Part shown: piece after piece, positions 1 to 7,484 of the stretch
Numbering within the stretch: the stretch's first letter is position 1
Layout of the letters: each line of letters begins with the position of its first letter
NCBI RefSeq assembly: GCF_008065095.1
Contig: NZ_CP042911.1
Location: forward strand, 2,310,001 to 2,342,000
Direction of reading: 5' to 3'
Origin: Gemmata obscuriglobus
GTDB taxonomy: Bacteria; Planctomycetota; Planctomycetia; Gemmatales; Gemmataceae
DNA: 32,000 nt
The notes under the pieces: model-generated
What the model was told of the DNA's origin: nothing
Seen by the model: the letters and a program-made list of their open reading frames with translations, nothing else
Database searches by the model: none
Made by a program: the position numbers and the translations under genes

Positions 1-1
1 G

Positions 2-694
2 GCCGAGCGCGAGGGGCCGACGGTCACCGACATCCCGTGCCCGGCGTGCGGCAAGCACATGGTCCGGAAGGTCGGCCGGTTCGGCGTGTTCTACACGTGC
101 GAGGGGGCACCCGATTGCCCCACGACGATGAACGAGAACGCCGAGGGCGTTCGCACCGTCACCGCGCTGCCGACCAAGCACAAGTGCCCGAAGTGCGAGA
201 AGCACAACCTGCTCCTGAAGGAGAGCAAGGCGGGCAAGAAGTATGTGCAGTGCCCCGACGCGAAGTGCAAGTTCATCAGCGACGCCGACGCCGACGGCGC
301 GCCGGTGAAGCCGGCCGACACGGGTGTCGCGTGCGAGAAGTGCGGCAGCCCGATGGTGATCAAGGTGGCGTGGCGCGGGCCGTTCCTGTCGTGCAGCGGG
401 TACCCGAAGTGCCGCAACGCGAAGTCGATCAACGCCGAGCTGCGCGAGAAGCTCAAGGACATCCTCCCGCCGCCACAGGAGAAGGTTGAGAAGAAGGAGG
501 ACCCGGCGCTGTCGGTGGAAGTGACCGAGACGTGCCCGGAGTGCGGCGCGCCGCTGAAGCTGCGGAAGTCGCGGTTCGGGCCCGGCTACTACCTGGGCTG
601 CTCGAAGGGGCCGAAGTGTAAGGGCAAGGGGAAGATCAGCCCCGAGCTTCAGGCCAAGATCGACGCCGCCGTTGCCGCTCCGGCGGCGCAGTGA
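2..694 (+). CDS. topA: DNA topoisomerase I, C-terminal zinc-ribbon region (5' end lies outside the window)
   Basis: The frame is open from position 2 with no stop before 694. It contains five tandem C4 zinc-ribbon modules of the topoisomerase type: CPACGKHM..FYTCEGAPDCP, CPKCEKHN..VQCPDAKCKF, CEKCGSPM..LSCSGYPKCRN and CPECGAPL..LGCSKGPKCKG. The tail is lysine-rich. Confidence 0.7.
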   Translation, partial: AEREGPTVTDIPCPACGKHMVRKVGRFGVFYTCEGAPDCPTTMNENAEGVRTVTALPTKHKCPKCEKHNLLLKESKAGKKYVQCPDAKCKFISDADADGAPVKPADTGVACEKCGSPMVIKVAWRGPFLSCSGYPKCRNAKSINAELREKLKDILPPPQEKVEKKEDPALSVEVTETCPECGAPLKLRKSRFGPGYYLGCSKGPKCKGKGKISPELQAKIDAAVAAPAAQ

Positions 695-1650
695 ACCTGT
701 CGGCGGAGTTCACCGCCCTTGTTGCCCGGGGAACGTTCGGCAACAAGGGCGCCTGTCCGGGGCTCGCGAGTATGGGCAAACCGTTCGACGCGACCCTGAA
801 CACCCTCATTGATGCCCACCTCGGCGATTGGGCCGCGTTTCTGGGCGCTCGCGCCGGTGTGCCGCCCGGACCGGCTGCGCCTCTCGACACCGATCTGTCA
901 GCGACGCTGCAAGCGGACCGCCTGTTCCGCATCGACGGCGTGTCGCCCGCGGCGTTGCACCTGGAACTGGAATCCAGCGGCCGGCTCGGCATTCCGGGCG
1001 AATTGTTGCGGTACAACGTTGCGGCCTGGGCCGTGAACGGTTTGCCCGTCCACTCGGTGCTCGTGCTGCTGCGCCCGAAGGCCACCGCCACTGATCTCAC
1101 CGGCACGCTGGAGTTGGCCGGCGCGGACGGGGCACCGTACCTGACGTTCCGGTACACGGTGATTCGAGTGTGGCTCGAAACCGTGGACGCGCTGTTGGCT
1201 GCGGGGCCGGGTGTGGCTCCGCTGGCGCTGCTCACCAACGAGGCGGATGCGGACCTGCCGGCGGCGTTCGTTCGCTTCCGGCAGGCGTTGCGATCGGCCG
1301 CCGTTCCCGATAGTGTGGAACGTGGGTTGCTGGGCTCCACGTTCGTGCTGTGCGGCTTGCGCTATGACCCGGCTCGCGTCGAGACCCTGTATCGGGAGCT
1401 GAGTATGACCCTCGAAGACTCGACGACGTACCAACTCATTCTCAACCGGGGGGTGGCTCAAGGTGAGGCCCGGGGGGCCGTTGCGGAAGCCCAACGGCTG
1501 CTGCTACTGCTGGGGCAGGAGCGGTTCGGTATGGCTCCGTCGGCAATTGAGGCTGCACTGCGGGCTGTAACAGATCGTAGTCGATTGGAACGGCTCGCGC
1601 GACGTGTTCTTACCGCAACCGACTGGAACGACCTGCTCACCACGAACTGA
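691..1650 (+). CDS. Rpn-family / PD-(D/E)XK putative nuclease with a DUF4351-like C-terminus
   Basis: 319-aa ORF. A nuclease-core-like pattern is present: LQADRLFRI ... ALHLELES ... LLRYN. The C-terminal segment LLLGQERFGMAPSAIEAALRAVTDRSRLERLARRVLTATDWNDLL fits the DUF4351 pattern. The GTG at 691 overlaps the topA stop (GTGA). An alternative ATG start is at 772. Confidence 0.5.
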   Translation: MNLSAEFTALVARGTFGNKGACPGLASMGKPFDATLNTLIDAHLGDWAAFLGARAGVPPGPAAPLDTDLSATLQADRLFRIDGVSPAALHLELESSGRLGIPGELLRYNVAAWAVNGLPVHSVLVLLRPKATATDLTGTLELAGADGAPYLTFRYTVIRVWLETVDALLAAGPGVAPLALLTNEADADLPAAFVRFRQALRSAAVPDSVERGLLGSTFVLCGLRYDPARVETLYRELSMTLEDSTTYQLILNRGVAQGEARGAVAEAQRLLLLLGQERFGMAPSAIEAALRAVTDRSRLERLARRVLTATDWNDLLTTN

Positions 1651-1754
1651 ACTGAAGGGCGCGTGAATTGAGGTCCTCGACATCTCACCGAGTTGCTCGA
1701 CGCGCTCGCCCTGTCGAGCGAGCGTGACGGCCCGTTCGGCTGAGCTTTCCGTCA

Positions 1755-2261
1755 TCACGTCGTGTAGAGCGACGGCATCCGGGGCCACACGTACAGGCTC
1801 ACCATCATGCACGCGGCGGTGACCGCGGCCAGCCCGCCGATCAGCATCGCGAACACGGCCAGGGCGTTACCGGCGTACTTGCCGCCGGCGCGTTCGACCG
1901 CGCTCATTGCCGACCCGCCGAGCAGCGCGGCGCCCAACCCGAGAACGAACGGCAGCACGAACGCCACGATCTGGAGCGTGTAGTTCGCGACCTTCGACCT
2001 CTGGGTTTCGCGGACCAGCGCCCCGTCGAGGCTGTCACCAAAGACCGCATTCTCGCCCTCGGCCAGCTTGCGCGCGGGGAGCGATTCGGGGCGCGGGGCG
2101 CCGCTCGACGCGCCCCGTGCCTCGAGCAGCGGGCTGCCGGCGAGCTGCTTTTCCGCGTACATCGAGCCGTACAGCCCGAGCACGCCGGCGACCGTGGCGA
2201 CCACGATCCCGGCCCAGGCCGTCGGGTGAACCGGTGCGCCGCGCGTCGAGCCCGTGACCAT
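1755..2261 (-). CDS. Hypothetical integral membrane protein
   Basis: Internal ATG of ORF 1755..2417 (MVTGSTRG...). It has three hydrophobic helices: WAGIVVATVAGVLGLYG, IVAFVLPFVLGLGAALLGG and VFAMLIGGLAAVTAACMMVSLYV. The longer N-terminal extension is Arg/His-rich and would overlap the divergent MFS gene. Confidence 0.5.
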   Translation of the reverse strand: MVTGSTRGAPVHPTAWAGIVVATVAGVLGLYGSMYAEKQLAGSPLLEARGASSGAPRPESLPARKLAEGENAVFGDSLDGALVRETQRSKVANYTLQIVAFVLPFVLGLGAALLGGSAMSAVERAGGKYAGNALAVFAMLIGGLAAVTAACMMVSLYVWPRMPSLYTT

Positions 2262-2343
2262 TGTTCCGCCCCTTACTGGATTCGCCCCCACGCGTCGGGT
2301 ATGGTGGGCGCGTTCCCGCCCGGCACCTTCTCCCGAAGCCGCA

Positions 2344-3594
2344 ATGAGCACCGCTCCCGACCTCTCCCCGTGGCGCTGGTGGGTGTGCGCCCTGTTGATG
2401 CTCGCGACCGTCATCAACTATATGGACCGCATGGCCCTGAACCAGATGGCCGTAGAGATCAAGGCCGCGCTCGACCTGACCGACCTGCAATACAGTTGGC
2501 TCGAAAGCGTGTTTTCCCTCGCGTTCGCGTGCGGGGCGCTCGTCACCGGGTACGTCGTGGACCGCGCCCGCGTGTGGTGGGTGTACCCGCTGATGGTGGT
2601 GGGCTGGTCGCTGGCCGGCATTCTGACCGGGTTCGCCGGCTCGTTCTGGGCGCTGCTCACCTGTCGGTTCTTGCTCGGGCTGTTCGAAGCGGGGAACTGG
2701 CCCTGCGGCATCCGCACCACGCGCGCGGTGCTGCCGCCCGCCGAGCGGTCGCTCGGCAACGCCCTGTTCCAGAGCGGCACCGCGCTGGGGGCGGTGGTCA
2801 CCCCGCTGATGGTTCTCGCGATCCTCCAGCGGGCCGAGTCGCTTGAGATCACGGACACGTGGCGGGTGCCGTTCCGGGTCATCGGCGCGCTCGGGCTGGT
2901 GTGGGTCGCGCTGTGGTTCATCACCATTCCCGAAAGGATGTTGGCCGGGAGCGACGGAACCGGACCCGCGAACCGGAACGACGCCCGGTTCGCGGAGGTG
3001 TTCCGTGACCGCCGGTTCTGGGCGCTGGTCGCGGTGGTGGTGGCGGTGAACGTCACCTGGCACGGGTACCGCACCTGGCTGCCGCTGTACCTGCGCGAGC
3101 AGCGCGGGTACTCGCGCGAGCAGATGAGCGCGTTCACGACGGTGTACTACCTCGTGGCCGACGTCGGCTCGTGGACGGTCGGACTGCTGACGCTGCTCCT
3201 GTGCAAGCGCGGGGTGCGGGTTCACACGAGCCGGCTGCTGGCGTTCGGGGGCTGTTCGCTGCTGGCGACCTGCACCGCTGCGGTTCCGTTCCTGCCAGAC
3301 GGGTGGGTGCTCGAAGCGGGGCTGCTGGTGGTCGCGTTCGGGGCGCTCGGGCTGTTCCCGACGTACTTCGCGCTGAGCCAGGAACTGTCCGCGAAGCACC
3401 AGGGGAAGGTGACCGGCACGCTCGGGGCGTGCGCGCACCTGTCGTTGGCGGCTGTGTACCCCGTCGAGGGGCTCATTTGCGTTGCGACCGGATCGAAAGA
3501 ATGGGTGCTGGGCGGGGTCGGGTTATTTCCGCTGTTAGCTCTGATGGTGATGCTGGTGTTGTGGCCGCCCGGACCCGAGTCGGCCGCGGAGTAG
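2344..3594 (+). CDS. MFS transporter (ACS/hexuronate-transporter-like)
   Basis: About 12 hydrophobic segments. The N-terminal signature LATVINYMDRMALNQMAV and the loop GYVVDRARVWW are typical of ACS-family MFS proteins. The start was chosen at ATG 2344 (MSTAPDLSPWRWW). Confidence 0.8.
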   Translation: MSTAPDLSPWRWWVCALLMLATVINYMDRMALNQMAVEIKAALDLTDLQYSWLESVFSLAFACGALVTGYVVDRARVWWVYPLMVVGWSLAGILTGFAGSFWALLTCRFLLGLFEAGNWPCGIRTTRAVLPPAERSLGNALFQSGTALGAVVTPLMVLAILQRAESLEITDTWRVPFRVIGALGLVWVALWFITIPERMLAGSDGTGPANRNDARFAEVFRDRRFWALVAVVVAVNVTWHGYRTWLPLYLREQRGYSREQMSAFTTVYYLVADVGSWTVGLLTLLLCKRGVRVHTSRLLAFGGCSLLATCTAAVPFLPDGWVLEAGLLVVAFGALGLFPTYFALSQELSAKHQGKVTGTLGACAHLSLAAVYPVEGLICVATGSKEWVLGGVGLFPLLALMVMLVLWPPGPESAAE

Positions 3595-3630
3595 TTGGGT
3601 GTGCGGTATGGCGTAAGCCGGTTCGCTGCG

Positions 3631-3667
3631 CGGACCGGCCCCGGCACGTGGCATCGGGGCCGGTCCG
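3631..3667. terminator. Bidirectional stem-loop between convergent genes
   Basis: Perfect 13-bp GC-rich stem, cggaccggccccg (3631..3643) pairing with cggggccggtccg (3655..3667), with an 11-nt loop. It is followed by gtttcggtt and sits between the MFS stop (3594) and the stop of the minus-strand gene (3683). Confidence 0.6.
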
Positions 3668-3682
3668 GTTTCGGTTGCCCGT

Positions 3683-4630
3683 TCAGTCGCGGAAGATGCG
3701 GATCTGCTGCTTGACCACTTCTTGCTTTTTCTTCGTTTGATCGAGGGGCGGGATCGGCAGCACCAACTCGCTGCCGACCAGCACCAGGATGTCCTCACGG
3801 AAACCCTTCAGGTAGGCGGCGTCGGGCATGCGGTTGTCGCCGGCGACGAGTACCATCCCGCCGGCCGCGAGCCGCTTCAGCGTTTCGTTGCGCGAAACCA
3901 GCTTGCCGTTCAAGTCGTACGCCTCGAACTTCACTTCAGCCAGCGGCTTACTCACCACTTTTGCATCACTTGTGGAGTTACCGGGGTAGTAGATGCCGTC
4001 GCCGGCCCATTGGGCGATGCCGCGGCGGTTCACCCGCCCCTCGAACTGGATGTTGTCGTAATACGTCTGGCCCGTCGCCTGGGTCGTCACCTGAGCGATC
4101 ACTCCACCTTTGTTCTGTGCCGAGAGCATCGCGAGTTGCGGCGGCGGGGTGTTCGGGTACGGCTCGCTGCCCCACTGGATCTGTGCGTGCTTCAGTCCGT
4201 CCGCGACCATCACCACCGTATCGGGGTGGGCCGACTGGAGCCACGCCTTACTGATCGGTTGCCCGTCGGCGGATGCCAGCACGGTCGCGCCGGCCTTTAC
4301 ACGGGCCGTGGCCTCGTTCGCGGTCAGTTGGCGGCCGTCGGCGGTGGTGAACTTGCCGTCGAAGTCGGCGAGCACCTTGTTCAGGTATTGGGTGGTGATG
4401 GTGTCGTACTCGATCTGCTTCTGGACCTGCTTGTTGCCTTCCACAATGAACTGCGTGGCCGTTACCGTTTGCTTGACGTACAGGAGGGCGGTCACGCGAA
4501 CCGAGCCGCTGCCGTCGGCCTTGAGTGCGAGGACGCGTGGGGCCGGGCCGGTGACGTTCGGGACGGTGTCGCGGGGAAGGGGGGCGGCCGGTGCGACGAG
4601 GGCGGCCGAAAGGACCAGCGAGGGATACAT
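3683..4630 (-). CDS. Secreted hypothetical protein; paralog of 4829..5470 with two copies of a shared ~55-aa module
   Basis: Starts at ATG 4630 (MYPSLVLSAALVAPAAP, signal-peptide-like). It shares APRVLALKADGSGSVRVT and the module DG+.(I/L)..E.....G..V(L/V).S.DG.P(I/V)S..(F/W)L......(L/V)V(L/M)V with the next gene. Confidence 0.6.
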   Translation of the reverse strand: MYPSLVLSAALVAPAAPLPRDTVPNVTGPAPRVLALKADGSGSVRVTALLYVKQTVTATQFIVEGNKQVQKQIEYDTITTQYLNKVLADFDGKFTTADGRQLTANEATARVKAGATVLASADGQPISKAWLQSAHPDTVVMVADGLKHAQIQWGSEPYPNTPPPQLAMLSAQNKGGVIAQVTTQATGQTYYDNIQFEGRVNRRGIAQWAGDGIYYPGNSTSDAKVVSKPLAEVKFEAYDLNGKLVSRNETLKRLAAGGMVLVAGDNRMPDAAYLKGFREDILVLVGSELVLPIPPLDQTKKKQEVVKQQIRIFRD

Positions 4631-4744
4631 GCGACGCGGCTCCTGGGTGCAGAATCGGCAACACCAGCAGGATAACCCGTCGAAAAGGAGCGGTAAAGCC
4701 ACTGGTTAGTGGTGTTACAGTTTTGGGACAAGTCGGTTGTGCCC

Positions 4745-4830
4745 AAAAGCGACCGTGTAACGGCAAAGAGGACCGCCGCGAGCCATCAGTGGTTCGCAGC
4801 GGTCCTCTTTGCCGTTACACGGTCGCTTTT
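4745..4830. terminator. Very long perfect hairpin just downstream of the 4829..5470 CDS
   Basis: Perfect 32-bp inverted repeat: aaaagcgaccgtgtaacggcaaagaggaccgc (4745..4776) pairs with gcggtcctctttgccgttacacggtcgctttt (4799..4830), with a 22-nt loop. Its end touches the TAA stop (4829..4831). A-runs and T-runs flank both sides. Confidence 0.55.
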
Positions 4831-5470
4831 ACTTTCCGGGGGCTGGCGGCAACGGTCCCGGGAGTACTTGTGCCGGCACGGCCGGGGCGATCTGAACAGG
4901 GGCGACCTGGATCTGGATGCCGGGCTGGGCCGGTAACACCTGAATCCCGCCCTGGATCGCGGGCAGCGGGCGGGCGACCGGACGACCGGTGGCAGGACCG
5001 CTCAGTTCCGGCGACACCAGCACCAGCACATCGTCCTTGAACATCTTCAGGAACGTCGGGCTGACCGGCTTGCCGTCGGTCGAAACCACGACGATCGCTC
5101 CGGTGCTCAGGGTCTTCAGCGCGTCTTCGGTCGCGATCTTCTTGCCGTCGGCGGTGGTGACGGTCAGGTCCTTCACTTCGCTCAGTTCGATCACTTTCGT
5201 GCGGGAGATCTCACGAGCGACGACTGCCGGGGCGATGCCGTTCGGGTTGGCCGCGACCGGAGCGTTCGGCAATTTCTCGGTTCGGGTCACGGTGACCATG
5301 ATCTTGCCGTCGGCGCCCGGCTTCAGTTCGAGGATGCGGGGGGCCGGGCCGACCGGGACCGCGGGACCCGGAGGGGGCACGGGGGCAGCGAGGGTCATCG
5401 ACAGAACGAACGAGGTCAGCATCAGTTTTCGCGCTCCGATAAGAGGGATGGCAGTTCCCACGGGGCTCAT
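4829..5470 (-). CDS. Secreted hypothetical protein; paralog of 3683..4630 with a Pro/Gln/Ile-rich tail
   Basis: Starts at ATG 5470 (MSPVGTAIPLIGARKLMLTSFVLSMTLAAP); ATG 5422 is an alternative. It shows module similarity to the upstream paralog: APRILELKPGADGKIMVTV and DGKKIATEDALKTLSTGAIVVVSTDGKPVSPTFLKMFKDDVLVLVSPEL. Confidence 0.6.
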   Translation of the reverse strand: MSPVGTAIPLIGARKLMLTSFVLSMTLAAPVPPPGPAVPVGPAPRILELKPGADGKIMVTVTRTEKLPNAPVAANPNGIAPAVVAREISRTKVIELSEVKDLTVTTADGKKIATEDALKTLSTGAIVVVSTDGKPVSPTFLKMFKDDVLVLVSPELSGPATGRPVARPLPAIQGGIQVLPAQPGIQIQVAPVQIAPAVPAQVLPGPLPPAPGK

Positions 5471-5583
5471 CTTCCGACGGAATACCCGATGCCGGAGATT
5501 CTCGGAATCCTGATTTGGGGGGCGAAACGGTTGTTGACCGGGTGATGAGCGTAATTGGCGCTGCGGTCGTGTTCGTGGTGGCC

Positions 5584-6216
5584 TCACGTGTGGGTGCGGA
5601 ACCGCTCGCCGTCGCCGTCGGGGCCGCCCTGCCACGGGTCGCCGCGCATGTGGTAGCCGCCGCGCTCTCCGCTCTCCCAGAACCCCGGCCGATCTTCTTC
5701 CATGAACTCGATCCCGCGGACCCACTTCGCGCTCTTCCACGCGTACAACTTCGGCACCACGAGCCGCAGCGGGTGGCCGTGGTCGGGGGAGAGGAGCTGC
5801 CCGTTGTGGTGCGTCGCGAACAAGCAGTCGTCCCCGAAGAAATAGTCGATCGGCAGGTTGGTGGTGAACCCGTACTCGCAGTGAACCATGACGAACTTCG
5901 CCCGTGGCGAGACGGTAACGTGGTTCAGCAACTCGCGCGTGCCGACCCCTTCCCAGAGGTTGTCGAGTTTGCTCCACCGGGTGACGCAGTGCATGTCGGC
6001 GAACACCCGCACCCGCGGGAGCGCCGAGAACTCGGCCCAGGTGAATTGCTTGACCGTGCTAACCAGGGGGATCGGAAAAACGGTAAACGTCCACCGGGCG
6101 GGGTCGAACGGCGGAACGCTGCCGGCGTGGAGGACGGGCCACTTGTGGGTCTGCACCTGGCGGGGCGGGAGCCGGTTGGGGCGCTGCGTGTCCGAGCTGA
6201 TGATGGGGTCGTCCAT
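5584..6216 (-). CDS. Sulfite-oxidase-like molybdopterin-binding oxidoreductase (small, single-domain)
   Basis: 210 aa. Motifs of the Oxidored_molyb family are present: ADMHCVTRWSKLDNLWEGV, HCEYGFTTNLP, LLSPDHGHPLRLVVPKLYAWKSAKWVRGIEF. Confidence 0.75.
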   Translation of the reverse strand: MDDPIISSDTQRPNRLPPRQVQTHKWPVLHAGSVPPFDPARWTFTVFPIPLVSTVKQFTWAEFSALPRVRVFADMHCVTRWSKLDNLWEGVGTRELLNHVTVSPRAKFVMVHCEYGFTTNLPIDYFFGDDCLFATHHNGQLLSPDHGHPLRLVVPKLYAWKSAKWVRGIEFMEEDRPGFWESGERGGYHMRGDPWQGGPDGDGERFRTHT

Positions 6217-6229
6217 GTCGGTGCTCCCG

Positions 6230-6721
6230 TCAGTACCGCAGACCGTTCTTACGGGTGTGAATCGTGGGCTTTGCGTCGTGGAGTACGCCGCCCGCGGTCA
6301 CTTCACCGATGACGAGTGTATGATCGCCGACCGCGACCCGGTTCGCCACCCGGCACACCAGGTACGCGTGAGCGGCCAGCAGCACCGGCGGGGCGGGGCC
6401 GTCGCGCCGCACGTCGAGCCCCGTGAACGCCGCTTCGCCGGGCTCGAACCCTTTGCCGAAGTGCGCGACCAGCGCCTTGCCGCCCTCCGGGATCACGTTG
6501 ACGACGAACGTCGCCCCGGCGCCCAGCCATTCCAGGGCATACCGCTGGTTATTGAGTGCGACCGAGACTTGTGGCGGGTGGAAACTGCACTGCTGCACCC
6601 AGGACGCGAGCATCCCCGTCTCGCGGTCGCCACTTTTGGCGGTGAGAACGAACAGCCCGCTGGGGACGCGGCCCAGCGCGGCGGCGAGGGATTCGGAAGG
6701 GTCGCTCGGCGCGGTGTTCAT
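6230..6721 (-). CDS. Flavin reductase-like (FMN-binding split-barrel) protein
   Basis: 163 aa. The motifs VPSGLFVLTAKSGDRETGMLASWVQQCSFHPPQVSVAL and DHTLVIGEV match the flavin reductase domain pattern. It lies 13 bp upstream of the molybdoenzyme gene on the same strand. Confidence 0.7.
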   Translation of the reverse strand: MNTAPSDPSESLAAALGRVPSGLFVLTAKSGDRETGMLASWVQQCSFHPPQVSVALNNQRYALEWLGAGATFVVNVIPEGGKALVAHFGKGFEPGEAAFTGLDVRRDGPAPPVLLAAHAYLVCRVANRVAVGDHTLVIGEVTAGGVLHDAKPTIHTRKNGLRY

Positions 6722-6768
6722 GTGCGTATGATACCGCGGGAGAGCTGAGGTGCCATGTGCCGGCGCGG

Positions 6769-7062
6769 TCAGAGGGCCGCGCTCGCGAGCGCCCGTAAGC
6801 GGTCCAGGGCTTCACGGAACAAGGATCTTGCCTGTTCCGGCGGCAGGCCCATTCGTCGGCCGACGTCCTCGACCCTCTCGTCGCCGCCGAGCGTCCGTTG
6901 CAGCAGTTCCAAGTGGTCGTTCCGAATGCCCGCGTAGGCCGCCCGGAGTGCGATCAGTTCGCTGTCACTCACCTCGGCCGCAGGCGCAGTAGGCGCGTCC
7001 CAACCGGCATCGTGCAGGATGCGGTTTACGTGTTCCAGTGCTTCACGGGTCGCGGCTGTCAC
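6769..7062 (-). CDS. Small hypothetical protein with a sigma-70 region-4-like helix-turn-helix tail
   Basis: 97 aa. The C-terminus ERVEDVGRRMGLPPEQARSLFREALDRLRA resembles a region-4 HTH. It is tightly packed, with its start 2 bp after the stop of the upstream gene. Confidence 0.4.
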   Translation of the reverse strand: MTAATREALEHVNRILHDAGWDAPTAPAAEVSDSELIALRAAYAGIRNDHLELLQRTLGGDERVEDVGRRMGLPPEQARSLFREALDRLRALASAAL

Positions 7063-7064
7063 GG

Positions 7065-7421
7065 TTACACCTTCTCGATGAGTCGTCGCACCAGTTGAGC
7101 GGCCAACACTTTCGCCTCATTTGTTTCGGCGAGTCGCATCAACTGGGGGAGAATTTGCAGCCGCATGTTGTCTTCCCGAAGCTGGATCAACCGGTAGACG
7201 GGAAAGGCGATCGTTACCTGAACCAAGCCGCCCGATGCTAACAGCGCCCATATCTGTGAGACGGCACCATAAACGAGCAAACTCAGGCCGGTTGTGAATA
7301 GTGCGAGCAGAACCCCGACAACGATCCACTCCTGGCGCCGGTTCTTGGCAATCGCCGCTTCGATGCACGCCGTGACCTCTCGGACGACCTCGGCGTCGTT
7401 TTTCCTGCTCACGTCGGGCAC
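7065..7421 (-). CDS. Hypothetical small membrane protein
   Basis: 118 aa with two adjacent hydrophobic helices (WIVVGVLLALFTTGLSLLVYGAV and IWALLASGGLVQVTIAFPVY). Its codon usage matches neighbouring genes. Confidence 0.45.
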   Translation of the reverse strand: MPDVSRKNDAEVVREVTACIEAAIAKNRRQEWIVVGVLLALFTTGLSLLVYGAVSQIWALLASGGLVQVTIAFPVYRLIQLREDNMRLQILPQLMRLAETNEAKVLAAQLVRRLIEKV

Positions 7422-7484
7422 CTGGAAGTTTCGCGCGCCGTCGCTCTATTTCACCAGCTCGCGAAGAGCCGGTCAAGCGCTGCT

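Noticed and set aside
1651-1754. Terminator between convergent genes at 1650 and 1755
   Set aside because: Only short 6-7-bp stems are present (gctcgac/gtcgagc and cgctcg/cgagcg), and there is no T-run. That is too weak to call.
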